Positions 8,511-18,139 of a stretch of 32,000 bases of DNA are shown in pieces. Both the position numbers and the translations under genes were made by a program. This DNA is from Archaeoglobus fulgidus DSM 4304. GTDB taxonomy: Archaea; Halobacteriota; Archaeoglobi; Archaeoglobales; Archaeoglobaceae. The notes under the pieces were generated by a model that worked only from the letters and a program-made list of their open reading frames with translations, was not told the origin of the DNA and did not search any database. Location: positions 600,001-632,000 of the forward strand of contig NC_000917.1 in the NCBI RefSeq assembly GCF_000008665.1. Direction: 5' to 3'. Each line of letters opens with the position of its first letter. The first letter of the stretch is position 1.

Positions 8511-9153
8511 TCTTTTCCAATATGGCCTCTATCTCTTTCCAGACGCCCTCTATATCTTTGGTTCCGTCCACGTCGTAGAGTATGCCCTTCTTTCTGTAGT
8601 AATCGATAAGCGGCTCCGTATTTTGCTTGTAAACCCTGTACCTCTCCCTCACAGTTTCCTCCTTATCGTCGTCTCTCTGGTATAGCTCTCCACCGCACTT
8701 GTCACACTTGTTATCCTCCTTGGGTGGAGCGTAAATCAGATGATAGACGGCTCCGCAGTTTCTGCACGTTCTTCTGTACGTGATTCTCTTTACGACTTCC
8801 TCCTCAGGAACAACAACGTTGATGACGGCATCGATTTTCTTGTTCAGCTCTTTGAGCATCTCGTCGAGAGCCTCTGCTTGAGCGAGAGTTCTCGGAAATC
8901 CGTCGAGGATAAAGCCCTTCTCACAGTCAGGCTGCTGCAGCCTCTCCTTGACTATGCCAATAACAACCTCGTCAGGCACAAGCTCCCCCTTGTCCATGTA
9001 CTCCTTGGCCTTTTTTCCCAGCTCCGTCCCCTTAGCAACAGCCTCCCTCAGCATATCACCGGTTGAAATCTGCGGAATGCCATACTTTTCGGAAACTCTC
9101 TTTGCCTGCGTACCCTTACCCGCTCCGGGTGGGCCGAGAAAAATCAGGTTCAT
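8500..9153 (-). CDS. adk: Adenylate kinase, long bacterial-type form with Cys4 zinc LID
   Basis: 217 aa: [87 protein letters not shown]. Confidence 0.98.
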   Translation of the reverse strand: MNLIFLGPPGAGKGTQAKRVSEKYGIPQISTGDMLREAVAKGTELGKKAKEYMDKGELVPDEVVIGIVKERLQQPDCEKGFILDGFPRTLAQAEALDEMLKELNKKIDAVINVVVPEEEVVKRITYRRTCRNCGAVYHLIYAPPKEDNKCDKCGGELYQRDDDKEETVRERYRVYKQNTEPLIDYYRKKGILYDVDGTKDIEGVWKEIEAILEKIKS

Positions 9154-9225
9154 GTGATTGCTTTGCAGTTACACCTTTAAACTTTTTGATTTTTACCGGA
9201 GCAAGAGAAAAAAAGGAATAAATTT

Positions 9226-11157
9226 TTAAAGTTTCTTGAGCTTCTCAACCGCCTCCTTGATTTCCTCAACCGATGCCTCCTCCTCGATCGTTGACAGGTC
9301 ACCAAGCTCCTGCCCGAGGAAAAGCCTCTTCATGACCCTCCTCATGATTTTACCGCTCCTCGTCTTTGGAAGCATGTTCACGAACTGTATGTCCTTGAAA
9401 ACAACAATCGGGCCGAGAGTTTTCCTCACGTGGTCTATTATCTCCCTCTTCAGCTCCTCGCTCGGAGAGTAGCCGGGCTTGAGAACGACGAATGCTGCCA
9501 CAACCTCTCCCCTGATTTCATCAGGTATGCCGCTTACACCTGCCTCAGCTACTGCCGGATGACTTATCAGGGCATTCTCAACCTCTATTGTCCCAATTCT
9601 GTGACCTGCAATCTTTATGACCTCATCAGCCCTTCCCGTGAACCACACGTAGCCATCCTCGTCAATGTAGGCAGCATCTCCGGTGCAGTACATTCCTCTG
9701 CCCGCTCCAACCTCCCAATATGACCTCACGTATCTGTCAAAGCTGTCCCAGAGCGTTGGTGTTAGGCCGGGGAAAGGTCTTTTGAGGTACATGACTCCCT
9801 TTTCCCTCGGTGGTAGCTCCTCTCCACTCAGCTCGTCAAGAACGACGGGAATTATTCCAGGTAAGGGAAGTCCGGCGGAGCCGGGCTTGATGTACTCCTT
9901 AATTTCATCCCCGTAGAGACCGTAGGGATAGCCGAATAGCGCTCCGGTGGTTTCGGTCTGCCACATGTGGTCAATTATTGGAATTTCCTCCTCAAAAACA
10001 TCTCTGTAGAGCCAGTACCACACCTCTGGATTCAGAACCTCCCCCGCACAAACCACCCTCTCGACCGAGCTCACGTCGTACTCCTTTGCCTTCTCCACTC
10101 CAAGCTTTCTCAGTATCCTCGCACCAGTCGGGGATGTCCATATCAGCGTTGCTCCGTTTCTCTCCACAACCTCCCACCACGTGCCCGGCTCGGGATAATC
10201 AGGAGTGCCGTCGAAGAGAATGCACGTAGAGCCTGCGAGAAGCGGGCCGAAAACCATGTAGCTCTGCCCGACAATCCAGCCTATGTCCGAGGTGTTGAAT
10301 ATCACATCGTCAGGCTTCAGGCCGTAAACCCACTTAGCAGCATAGTAGTTCCATATCTGATAACCTCCCTGAACGTGAACCACAGGCTTGGGCTTGGCCG
10401 TTGTGCCTGATGTGGGCATGACGAAGATTGGGTCCATCGCATCCATCTCAACATAATCACTGCTTTCTCCTCCTTTCAGGTCAAGAAACTCCTTCAGGGT
10501 GAAATCCCGCCCCTCCTTTAAATCGACCTCCTCTTCCGGCATCGCTCTCTTCACGACCACCATTCCGACGTTTTCCCTTACGTTTTCAGGCACGTAGCTC
10601 AGAGCCTCATCGATGTTGTCCTTCAGCCTCACCAGCTTCCCTCTCCTTGTGGAGAAATCCTGCGTGAAGATTAGCTTCGGTGTGGTCAGCTCAATTCTGT
10701 CGGCAACGGCCTTGGGGGAGAAACCAGCAAAGACTGTCACAGAAATAACGCCAATTCTTGCTGCTGCGAGCAGCATTGCCGCAGCTTCGATTGAGTTTGG
10801 AAGATAAAGAAGAATTCTGTCCCCCTTGCTCAGTCCAGCTCCTCTCAGAGATGCGGCATACTTTTTAACCATGCTGTAAAGCTGTCTGTAGGTAATTGCA
10901 TAGCTCAAGTCCATTTCGGGGTTTTCGTAGATGTAGGCAGGCTTTGAACCGTACCTCTTCACCTTGTAGTCAAGGCAGTTGTAGCAGATGTTGGTCTTCC
11001 CCCCTTCAAACCAGCTGAACTTTGGGTATTCCCATTTAAAAACATTCTTCCAAGGTTCAAACCAGTTTATGTCGTCCATGGCCTCCTCAGCCCTCTCATT
11101 CCAGAACTTTTCAGGATTTTCATACGCTTCCTGCCACAACTTTCTAAACTCTTCCAT
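9226..11157 (-). CDS. Acetyl-CoA synthetase-like AMP-forming acyl-CoA synthetase
   Basis: 643 aa: MPTSGTTAKPKPVVHVQGGY, DIGWIVGQSYMVFGPLLAG, DHMWQTETTGALFG, GMYCTGDAAYIDEDGYVWFTGRADEVIKIAGHRIGTIEVE, KTRSGKIMRRVMK. Confidence 0.94.
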   Translation of the reverse strand: MEEFRKLWQEAYENPEKFWNERAEEAMDDINWFEPWKNVFKWEYPKFSWFEGGKTNICYNCLDYKVKRYGSKPAYIYENPEMDLSYAITYRQLYSMVKKYAASLRGAGLSKGDRILLYLPNSIEAAAMLLAAARIGVISVTVFAGFSPKAVADRIELTTPKLIFTQDFSTRRGKLVRLKDNIDEALSYVPENVRENVGMVVVKRAMPEEEVDLKEGRDFTLKEFLDLKGGESSDYVEMDAMDPIFVMPTSGTTAKPKPVVHVQGGYQIWNYYAAKWVYGLKPDDVIFNTSDIGWIVGQSYMVFGPLLAGSTCILFDGTPDYPEPGTWWEVVERNGATLIWTSPTGARILRKLGVEKAKEYDVSSVERVVCAGEVLNPEVWYWLYRDVFEEEIPIIDHMWQTETTGALFGYPYGLYGDEIKEYIKPGSAGLPLPGIIPVVLDELSGEELPPREKGVMYLKRPFPGLTPTLWDSFDRYVRSYWEVGAGRGMYCTGDAAYIDEDGYVWFTGRADEVIKIAGHRIGTIEVENALISHPAVAEAGVSGIPDEIRGEVVAAFVVLKPGYSPSEELKREIIDHVRKTLGPIVVFKDIQFVNMLPKTRSGKIMRRVMKRLFLGQELGDLSTIEEEASVEEIKEAVEKLKKL

Positions 11158-11322
11158 TTCATCACCTCTAATAGATATATTTATTTATTGTTAAAATCTA
11201 TTTTAAAAAACTTGCGAAAGCGTGCTGAGATAAATCATACCTGATATTAATTGAACTGTCAACTTTTATTCAATTAGAGTATTAGACAAAACATTTTTAA
11301 CTAACAACTACAAAACAAATAC

Positions 11323-11805
11323 ATGGGACGAAAACCCGAAAAAGAGGTAGTTAGGTGGCTAACCCTGGAAGAGTTAAACGAAGAAATTCGCAAGAGAAAA
11401 ATCTGTTCGGAAGTCCTCAGAAAACTTTTCTTCATCAAAGAGCTATACAAGGGGGCAACTGTTCCTCAAGCAGCGAAAGAAGTTGGAGTAAGCAAAGTCA
11501 TAGGCTATGTATGGCTTGAAAGGTGGAATAAACAAGGTTTGGAAGGCTTAAAACCGAACTACGGAGGGGGAAGACCTTCAGAATTAAGCGATGAGCAGAA
11601 GGAAGAGTTAAAATCCATTCTGAAAGAGAGAGATAACTGGACAACAAAAGAGGTAAGAGAACTCATCAAGGAAAATTTCGGAGTAGAGTATAGCTTAAGG
11701 CACGTGAGCAGGCTGCTAAAATCATTTGGCATGAAATACGCCAAGCCATACCAGAAAGACTATAGAAGGCCTGAGAACGCAGAAGAGGAGTTTAAAAAAA
11801 CTTGA
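11323..11805 (+). CDS. IS630-family transposase, N-terminal HTH part (orfA)
   Basis: 160 aa: ELYKGATVPQAAKEVGVSKVIGYVWLERWNKQGLEGL and a second HTH, WTTKEVRELIKENFGVEYSLRHVSRLLKSFGMKYAKPYQKDYRRPENAEEEFKK. Confidence 0.9.
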   Translation: MGRKPEKEVVRWLTLEELNEEIRKRKICSEVLRKLFFIKELYKGATVPQAAKEVGVSKVIGYVWLERWNKQGLEGLKPNYGGGRPSELSDEQKEELKSILKERDNWTTKEVRELIKENFGVEYSLRHVSRLLKSFGMKYAKPYQKDYRRPENAEEEFKKT

Positions 11806-12337
11806 AGAACTTGAAGTTGACTTAGAAAGTTGTATCATAGGATTTCTGGATGAAACCTCGCCCCAGCTCAACGCAAACACTCAAAGGCTTTGGTCCTTCA
11901 ATAAACCATCTGTGAAGAAGAACACTACAAAAATGAGAGCCAACACTTTCGGTTTCTATGCGATAAATGGGGAGAGCGTTGTAGATTTCAAGGAAAATTC
12001 TAAGAAAGAATCCGTATGTGAATTTCTTGAGAAGATAAGAGAGAAGAATCCGGATAAAATCATAATCATTGTTCTGGATAACTTCAGATCGCACTGGGCC
12101 AGAAAGACGAGAAGAAAGGCAAAGAAGCTGAACATGGTTCTGGTTTATCTGCCTCCCTACTCTCCCGATCTGAATCCTATTGAGCAAATCTGGAGAGTTA
12201 TAAAGAGAGTGTTGTCTCCTCTCTTCATTAAAACGTTGGAAGAGCTTAAGGAAGTGATTTCGAATAGCTTTTACCAGTTAACTCAGAGAATGAGCTTCGA
12301 AGAAAAGTGGATAAAAAAGTTCTTGAATTTTGGTTAA
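11801..12337 (+). CDS. IS630-family transposase, C-terminal DDE part (orfB), +1 frame relative to orfA
   Basis: The frame stays open upstream of the supplied start: LEELEVDLESCIIGFLDETSPQLNANTQRLWSFNKPSVKKNTTKMRANTFGFYAINGESV... IIIIVLDNFRSHWARKTRRKAKKLNMVLVYLPPYSPDLNPIEQIWRVIKR. Confidence 0.9.
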   Translation, partial: LEELEVDLESCIIGFLDETSPQLNANTQRLWSFNKPSVKKNTTKMRANTFGFYAINGESVVDFKENSKKESVCEFLEKIREKNPDKIIIIVLDNFRSHWARKTRRKAKKLNMVLVYLPPYSPDLNPIEQIWRVIKRVLSPLFIKTLEELKEVISNSFYQLTQRMSFEEKWIKKFLNFG

Positions 12338-12363
12338 GTTAGTTATGTCAAGTACTATAAAAA

Positions 12364-13092
12364 TCAAAGTATCATGCTCAAGAACTTTCTGGTTCTCTCG
12401 TGTTTGGGGTTGGAGAATATCTGCTCCGGCTTCCCCTCCTCTACTATCACACCACCATCCATAAAAATCACTCTGTCCCCCACCTCCCTTGCGAAGCCCA
12501 TTTCGTGCGTAACTACAACCATCGTCATACCATCTCTTGCGAGCTGCTTCATGACATCGAGAACTTCCTTCACGAGCTCAGGGTCAAGAGCGGAAGTCAC
12601 TTCATCAAACAGCATCACTTCGGGATTCATGGCCAGAGCCCTTGCGATTGCAACCCTCTGCTGCTGCCCGCCGCTCAGCTGAGCCGGATAGTAGTCAGCC
12701 TTGTCCTCCAAACCGACCTTTTCAAGCAGCCTCATACCGAGTTCCTCGGCCTCTCGCTTGCTCATCTTCTTTATCTTGATTGGGGCAAGAGTGACGTTCT
12801 GCAAGGCTGTGAGGTGAGGAAAGAGGTTGAACTGCTGAAAAACAATTCCTATTCTCTGCCTCACCTTGTTGATGTCAATCTTGCTGTTGGTTATGTCAAC
12901 GCCATCCAGAAGAATTTTTCCGCTCGTAGGCTCCTCGAGACGGTTTATGCATCTCAGCAAAGTGGATTTTCCGCTTCCAGAAGGCCCTATAATGACCACA
13001 ACCTCTCCTTTTTCTACTTTCATCGTCACGCCTTTGAGAACCTCAAGCTCACCGAATCTCTTGTGGAGGTCTATGATTTCAAGCTGCGCCAT
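12364..13092 (-). CDS. glnQ: Polar amino-acid (glutamine-type) ABC transporter ATP-binding protein
   Basis: 242 aa: [80 protein letters not shown]. Confidence 0.93.
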   Translation of the reverse strand: MAQLEIIDLHKRFGELEVLKGVTMKVEKGEVVVIIGPSGSGKSTLLRCINRLEEPTSGKILLDGVDITNSKIDINKVRQRIGIVFQQFNLFPHLTALQNVTLAPIKIKKMSKREAEELGMRLLEKVGLEDKADYYPAQLSGGQQQRVAIARALAMNPEVMLFDEVTSALDPELVKEVLDVMKQLARDGMTMVVVTHEMGFAREVGDRVIFMDGGVIVEEGKPEQIFSNPKHERTRKFLSMIL

Positions 13093-13237
13093 CGCTTGAA
13101 GTTTAGGTTTGTTATATAAAATCTTTTTTCTCGTGCGTACTAATCAATACAAAGCATACGAAGTGAATTTTAAAGAGAGGCAACAGTTAGTATAATGTTT
13201 ATATAGAGGGATTAATAGAGTTAAACAAGGTGGTGTA

Positions 13238-14929
13238 ATGGAACACGACATCGTTATTGTCGGGGCAGGGATTGCAGGGATGAGGGCTGCAATAGCTGCA
13301 GCAGAAAAAAGCAGAAAGCTATCCATCGCTCTTATCGCAAAAACTTACCCCATCAGGTGCCACAGCGTTTGTGCGGAAGGTGGGACGGCTGCTGTTTTAA
13401 GGGAAGGGGACAGCTTTGACCTGCACGCCTGGGATACGGTTAAGGGTGCAGACTTTCTCGCTGATCAGGATGCGGTGGAGTTTTTTGTGAGGGAATGCCC
13501 TAAGGAAATCATAAGGCTGGAAAACTGGGGGTGTCCGTGGAGCAGAAACGAGGATGGAACGATTGCCCAGAGGCCATTCGGAGGACACAGCTTCAATCGC
13601 GCCACATACGCGAAGGACAGGACGGGCTTTCATGAAGTTCACACCCTCTACGAGCGGATGCTGATGTACGACAATGTCGAGATTTTCCCTGAGTACTTCA
13701 TAACCAACTTAGCGATTGAGAATGGAGCGGTGCAGGGAGTTTCAGCAATCCAGCTCAAGACGGGAGAGATGGAGTTTTTTGAAGCAAAAGCCGTGATTTT
13801 CGCCACCGGAGGAGCGGGGAGGCTCTACGGCTTCACAACGTACAGCCACCAGGTTACGGGAGATGGGCTGGCGATAGCCTACAGAAATGGCATCCCGCTG
13901 AAGGACATGGAGTTCTTCCAGTTCCACCCCACAGGCCTTGTACCTTCAGGCATCTTGATGACCGAGGGATGCAGAGGTGAGGGTGGCTACCTCTTGAACA
14001 AGAACGGTGAGAGGTTCATGAAAAGATACGCTCCTGAAAAAATGGAGATAGCGCCAAGGGATGTCGTTTCGAGGGCGATGTGGACTGAGATCATTGAGGG
14101 AAGAGGATTTGAGGGGGAGTATGGCCCCTACATAGCCCTCGACCTGAGACATCTTGGCGAGGAGAAGATAGAGGAGAGGTTACCGCTAATCAGAGATGCA
14201 GCAATAAAATTCGCTGGCGTTGACCCCGTGGAGGAGCCGATTCCGGTAAGGCCGGTCGCTCATTACACGATGGGTGGAATAGATACCAACGTGAGGTGTG
14301 AGACAGCAGTAAAGGGCTTCTTCGCTGCCGGTGAGTGCGCATGCGTAAGCATTCACGGAGCAAACAGGCTTGGTTCAAACTCCACTGCTGAATGCTTGGT
14401 TTTTGGAAGGGTTGCGGGAGAGGTTGCGGCTGAGTATGCATTGAAGGCGAAGCAGGGGAAGATTTCAGCCGAGTTCAGGGAGAAGGAGGAGAAGAGAATA
14501 TTCGATGAGCTTCTGGGCAAAAGCGGGGACGAGAGCCCATACCAGATAAAGAAGGAGCTGAACGAAACGATGGAGGCTAACATGTGGATTTTCAGAGAGG
14601 AGAAGGGACTGAAGGAAGCTGTGAAGAAAATAAAGGAGCTGAAGGAGCGCTACAGAAACGTGGAAATCAACGACAAGTCGAGGGGCTTCAATACCGATTT
14701 GACCTCTGCCATCGAAATCGGCTACATGCTCGACTTGGCTGAGGTTGTTGCCATAGGGGCTTTGAAGAGACAGGAGAGCAGAGGAGCCCACTACCGCCTT
14801 GATTACCCAAAGAGAGACGACGAGAACTGGCTGAAGCACACTCTCGCCTACTACACCCCCGAGGGGCCGAAATTCGACTACAAGCCAGTAACCATAACGA
14901 AGTGGCAGCCGGTTGAAAGGAAATACTGA
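13238..14929 (+). CDS. sdhA: Succinate dehydrogenase/fumarate reductase flavoprotein subunit
   Basis: 563 aa: DIVIVGAGIAGMRAAIAAAEKS, RCHSVCAEGGTAAVL, FHPTGLVPSGILMTEGCRGEGGYLLN, HYTMGGIDTNV, GANRLGSNSTAECLVFGRVAG. RBS ggtggtg and TATA-like tttatata upstream. Confidence 0.97.
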   Translation: MEHDIVIVGAGIAGMRAAIAAAEKSRKLSIALIAKTYPIRCHSVCAEGGTAAVLREGDSFDLHAWDTVKGADFLADQDAVEFFVRECPKEIIRLENWGCPWSRNEDGTIAQRPFGGHSFNRATYAKDRTGFHEVHTLYERMLMYDNVEIFPEYFITNLAIENGAVQGVSAIQLKTGEMEFFEAKAVIFATGGAGRLYGFTTYSHQVTGDGLAIAYRNGIPLKDMEFFQFHPTGLVPSGILMTEGCRGEGGYLLNKNGERFMKRYAPEKMEIAPRDVVSRAMWTEIIEGRGFEGEYGPYIALDLRHLGEEKIEERLPLIRDAAIKFAGVDPVEEPIPVRPVAHYTMGGIDTNVRCETAVKGFFAAGECACVSIHGANRLGSNSTAECLVFGRVAGEVAAEYALKAKQGKISAEFREKEEKRIFDELLGKSGDESPYQIKKELNETMEANMWIFREEKGLKEAVKKIKELKERYRNVEINDKSRGFNTDLTSAIEIGYMLDLAEVVAIGALKRQESRGAHYRLDYPKRDDENWLKHTLAYYTPEGPKFDYKPVTITKWQPVERKY

Positions 14930-14938
14930 GGTGGTTGG

Positions 14939-15649
14939 ATGGTGGAGTTCAGGATTAGAAGGTTTGATGGGACAAAGGCTTACTGGCAGAGCTTCGAGGT
15001 GCCTGCAAAGAGGGGGATGACCGTTCTTGAGGCTCTATACTACATCAAGGAGAATCTCGATTCAAGCCTTGCTTTCAGAGCCTCATGCAGAATGGGAATT
15101 TGCGGTAGCTGCGCGATGAAGATAAACGATAAGCCACGGTTAGCGTGTGAGACTCAGGTTTTAACTCTCGGCAATGCTGTGAAGGTTGAGCCCTTGGATA
15201 ACTTCAAGGTGATTAAAGACTTGATTACGGAGTTTGATGGATTCTTCGCCAAGCACAAGGCCGTGAAGCCATATCTGATAAGAAAGGATGACAACTACGC
15301 AGAGCCCAAAGAATTGCTGCAGACTCCGGAGGAGCTGAATGAGTACTACGTCTTCACACTCTGCATCAAGTGCGGAGCCTGCTACTCGGTCTGCCCAGCA
15401 GCAGCAACTCTTGACGGCTACCTTGGCCCCGCTGCAATGACTGCTGCCTATAGATTCTGCGCTGACAGCAGGGATGATGGGCAGAGGGAGAGGTACGAGA
15501 TTGCCAGCTCATCAAACGGAGTCTGGAGGTGCCATCTAGCAATGGAGTGCAGCGAGGTTTGTCCAAAAAATGTGGAGCCTGCCAAGGCTGTGCAGATGCT
15601 GAGGAAAAAGACAGCTTTCAGCATTCTGAAGAGCCTTTTGGGGTGGTAG
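14939..15649 (+). CDS. sdhB: Succinate dehydrogenase iron-sulfur subunit
   Basis: 236 aa: CRMGICGSCAMKINDKPRLAC, CIKCGACYSVCP, CHLAMECSEVCPKNVEPAKAV. Confidence 0.97.
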   Translation: MVEFRIRRFDGTKAYWQSFEVPAKRGMTVLEALYYIKENLDSSLAFRASCRMGICGSCAMKINDKPRLACETQVLTLGNAVKVEPLDNFKVIKDLITEFDGFFAKHKAVKPYLIRKDDNYAEPKELLQTPEELNEYYVFTLCIKCGACYSVCPAAATLDGYLGPAAMTAAYRFCADSRDDGQRERYEIASSSNGVWRCHLAMECSEVCPKNVEPAKAVQMLRKKTAFSILKSLLGW

Positions 15650-15650
15650 A

Positions 15651-16025
15651 ATGGGCGTTTCAGGCTGGTTCAGGTTTAAGGGAAGGAGCCTTTTCAGCTG
15701 GGCCTTCACGTTTCAGCGTCTCACTGGAGTTGTGCTGCTGATTTACCTTTTGATGCATCTAACCTACCTCTCGTCCCTTATGGACAAGACTGGGTCAACT
15801 TACGAGGGGATGATAGCTCTTACTGTCTCAAGGCAGTTTCTCGTCTTCGACCTGCTGCTTGTGCTCTGCGGTGTTTTTCACGGAGTTAACGGCTTCAGAA
15901 TAATCCTGCACGAGTTTGGGGTGGCTTACGAGTACAGAAAGCCTCTTCTTGTGATTTTCACCTTAATTGCAGTGGTGGTGTGGCTCTACGCAAGCTACAT
16001 CATGTATTCTCTAACGGGTGGTTGA
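15651..16025 (+). CDS. sdhC: Succinate dehydrogenase membrane anchor (cytochrome b subunit)
   Basis: 124 aa, three hydrophobic helices; SWAFTFQRLTGVVLLIYLLMHLTYL; directly follows sdhB. Confidence 0.88.
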   Translation: MGVSGWFRFKGRSLFSWAFTFQRLTGVVLLIYLLMHLTYLSSLMDKTGSTYEGMIALTVSRQFLVFDLLLVLCGVFHGVNGFRIILHEFGVAYEYRKPLLVIFTLIAVVVWLYASYIMYSLTGG

Positions 16026-16026
16026 A

Positions 16027-16371
16027 ATGGAGTCTGCAAAGAGCGTTCTGGAACCACTTGCATGGCTTATGCAGATGATCACCGGACTGCTGATGATTTT
16101 GCTGGTAACAGCCCACTTCTATGTGACCCACATGACCACACATGATGCGCTTAGATATGCTGAGGTTGTTGAGAGGGTCGCTCAGCCTGAGTTCAAGGCT
16201 CTCTATGCGCTTTTACTGCTTGCAGTGTCCTTCCACGCCTTCAACGGGCTGAGGGCAATACTACTGGACACCAATGCGGGAATGAGGAAAAAGGGGGCAG
16301 TTTCAGCTTTGACAACGCTCGCCTTCCTTCTGGCGTTCTTCTACGGGCTTTATCTTCTGTTTTCAATTTAA
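16027..16371 (+). CDS. sdhD: Succinate dehydrogenase second membrane anchor subunit
   Basis: ATG at 16027: MESAKSVLEPLAWLMQMITGLLMILLVTAHFYVTHM... three hydrophobic helices. Confidence 0.85.
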   Translation: MESAKSVLEPLAWLMQMITGLLMILLVTAHFYVTHMTTHDALRYAEVVERVAQPEFKALYALLLLAVSFHAFNGLRAILLDTNAGMRKKGAVSALTTLAFLLAFFYGLYLLFSI

Positions 16372-16418
16372 TTTTTAAAGGAAAGATTTATCTTGCAAGA
16401 GTCCAATTTTTCCACGTC

Positions 16419-16490
16419 GCCCCCGTGGGGTAGCGGATATCCTGAGGGGCTGCGGACTCCTCGACCCGGGTTCAACTCCCGGCGGGGGCA
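16419..16490 (+). tRNA. tRNA-Arg, anticodon GCG (16452-16454)
   Basis: Full cloverleaf: acceptor GCCCCCG/CGGGGGC, anticodon stem AGGGG/CTCCT (one G-T pair), loop CTGCGGA, T arm CCGGG-TTCAACT-CCCGG, discriminator A, no encoded CCA. Confidence 0.95.
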
Positions 16491-16583
16491 TGGAATTTTT
16501 AATGTCAATAAATGCTAGTTCAAGCCTTTGAGGAGTTCATAGAATTTTCCAAAAATTTCTATTTCTTCACAATAAATAGGTCT

Positions 16584-17438
16584 ATGAATTACAAAAATAT
16601 TGAGGTAGAAGAGGATGGGAGGGTTTTCACTATACGCATCAACAGACCCGAAGTTCTGAACTGCATAGACCCCGAAACCAATGAAGAGCTTTTTGAGGCT
16701 TGGAAAACTTTCAGAGACGACGACGATTTGTGGGTTGCAATAATCACGGGAACTGACAGAGCGTTTTGTACTGGAGCTGACCTAAAGGCGTGGCACAAGT
16801 TTGTGCTGGAGCAGAGGGTTAACTTCCCGAGGAAGAACGCCTACTACGGCCCGGGCTTTGGCGGGTTGACGAGGGGGATGGAGATTTTCAAGCCGATAAT
16901 TGCTGCCATAAACGGCCTTTGCTATGCAGGCGGTCTTGAAATTGCACTTGCAGCCGACATAAGGATTTGCTCCGAAAATGCCAGATTTGGGGTGTTGAAC
17001 AGAAGATGGAATGTTGGATTGGGTGACGGAGGAACTCAGAGGCTTTGGAGGGTAGTTGGGCTTGGAAGGGCAATGGAGCTTATTCTGACGGGGAAGGAGA
17101 TCGATGCGGAAGAAGCATACAGGATAGGGCTCGTGAATGAGGTTGTCCCTGCGGAGAAGCTTTTGAAGAGGGCAAAGGAAGTGGCGAGGAGAATATGCTC
17201 CTTCCCTCAGGGCTCGGTAAGAATGGACAAGGAGGCCGTGATAAGGGGCATTGGAAGGCCGATTGAGGAGGGTGTAAGGGTGGAGAACCTGCTCTTCTGG
17301 AATCTGCTGCTCAACAGGGACTTCTTCGAGGGGCCTGCTGCCTTCAGAGATAAAAGGGAGGCAGAATTTACCAATGAGAGTGAAAAGTTGAGAGATGTTT
17401 TGAGCCCTGATTTGGTGAGGAGGTGGTTGGATGAGTGA
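16584..17438 (+). CDS. Enoyl-CoA hydratase/isomerase
   Basis: MNYKNIEVEEDGRVFTIRINRPEVLNCIDPETNEEL, GTDRAFCTGADLKAW, AAINGLCYAGGLEIALAADIRICSENARFG, GDGGTQRLWRVVGLGRAMELILTG. ATG at 16584 starts at the conserved N-terminus. Confidence 0.94.
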   Translation: MNYKNIEVEEDGRVFTIRINRPEVLNCIDPETNEELFEAWKTFRDDDDLWVAIITGTDRAFCTGADLKAWHKFVLEQRVNFPRKNAYYGPGFGGLTRGMEIFKPIIAAINGLCYAGGLEIALAADIRICSENARFGVLNRRWNVGLGDGGTQRLWRVVGLGRAMELILTGKEIDAEEAYRIGLVNEVVPAEKLLKRAKEVARRICSFPQGSVRMDKEAVIRGIGRPIEEGVRVENLLFWNLLLNRDFFEGPAAFRDKREAEFTNESEKLRDVLSPDLVRRWLDE

Positions 17439-18099
17439 GAAAACCCACTGGAATCGCAGAGAAATGGCTGAGAAAGGCTTTACTTTCGTCTTTCCTTACA
17501 GTGAGGGCCTCAAAAGGGTGAGAGAGCTGCTCAATACTGACTATGACCCAGCGGTGCTGTGGGTTTGGGGAACCATGCAGGCAAGGGCTGTTATTGAGAC
17601 CCTCAAGGCCTGTGAGAGTGATTTTGGCGAAAAAGGACAGAAGGTCGTGTATGAAGCGCTGAAGAAGGTTGGCAGGGAGGTTGCGGAGCAGATGATTTCC
17701 AGCAGCAAATTTGAGGGTATGGATGAGGCCGAGCTATTGAGCTTCTTCGCCACAATCGTAAACACCATTGCCTACGCATCCATCGAAAAGCCATGGGTTG
17801 AAAGCGAGGAAAGAGTGGGCTTTGATATCCTGTGGTGCCCTCATCAGGACGTTTACTCCGCTTTCGACTGCAGAGTTCAGAGATACTTTGTTCAGGGAAT
17901 GCTTGAGGCTCTGAGGGAAAAATATGAGAAGGAGACAGGGAAAAAGCTCAAGTGGCAGGTGAAGTTCGAGACAACCATCCCTGCCGGGGCCGATGTCTGC
18001 AGATTCGTCATCTGGAGGTCTGAGTCAGAAGACAATGAATGGGAAAAATACACCGAATTGCTGAACAGGAAGGCCCTAAATGGGAAAAACATTTTGTAG
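17431..18099 (+). CDS. Uncharacterized protein, tentatively ATC-hydrolase-like (L-2-amino-thiazoline-4-carboxylate hydrolase family)
   Basis: 222 aa ORF overlapping the enoyl-CoA hydratase stop by 8 nt. The helical body plus FETTIPAGADVCRFVIW near the C-terminus recalls that family; the assignment is weak. Confidence 0.45.
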   Translation: MSEKTHWNRREMAEKGFTFVFPYSEGLKRVRELLNTDYDPAVLWVWGTMQARAVIETLKACESDFGEKGQKVVYEALKKVGREVAEQMISSSKFEGMDEAELLSFFATIVNTIAYASIEKPWVESEERVGFDILWCPHQDVYSAFDCRVQRYFVQGMLEALREKYEKETGKKLKWQVKFETTIPAGADVCRFVIWRSESEDNEWEKYTELLNRKALNGKNIL

Positions 18100-18139
18100 T
18101 CGGCGATGTATTTTGAGCAGTACTCTCTTAGCTCTTCCT

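Larger units (their letters stand above)
11275..12359 (+). mobile_element. Complete IS630-family insertion sequence, about 1.08 kb, flanked by TA
   Basis: Imperfect terminal inverted repeats, outer to inner: TAGAGTATTAGACAAAAC (11275 onward) and TATAGTACTTGACATAAC (reverse complement from 12359), 14/18 identical including the TA. Both flanks carry TA. The span excluding one TA copy is 1083 bp, matching the length in the name ISA1083 (recalled, not searched). Encodes an HTH ORF and a DDE ORF. Confidence 0.88.

Noticed and set aside
11323-12337. Calling the IS transposase a pseudogene because of the split frame
   Set aside because: Terminal repeats, TA flanks and all DDE-type blocks are intact, and an A-run slip site sits exactly at the junction. 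Programmed frameshifting is at least as likely as decay, so I did not label it a pseudogene.
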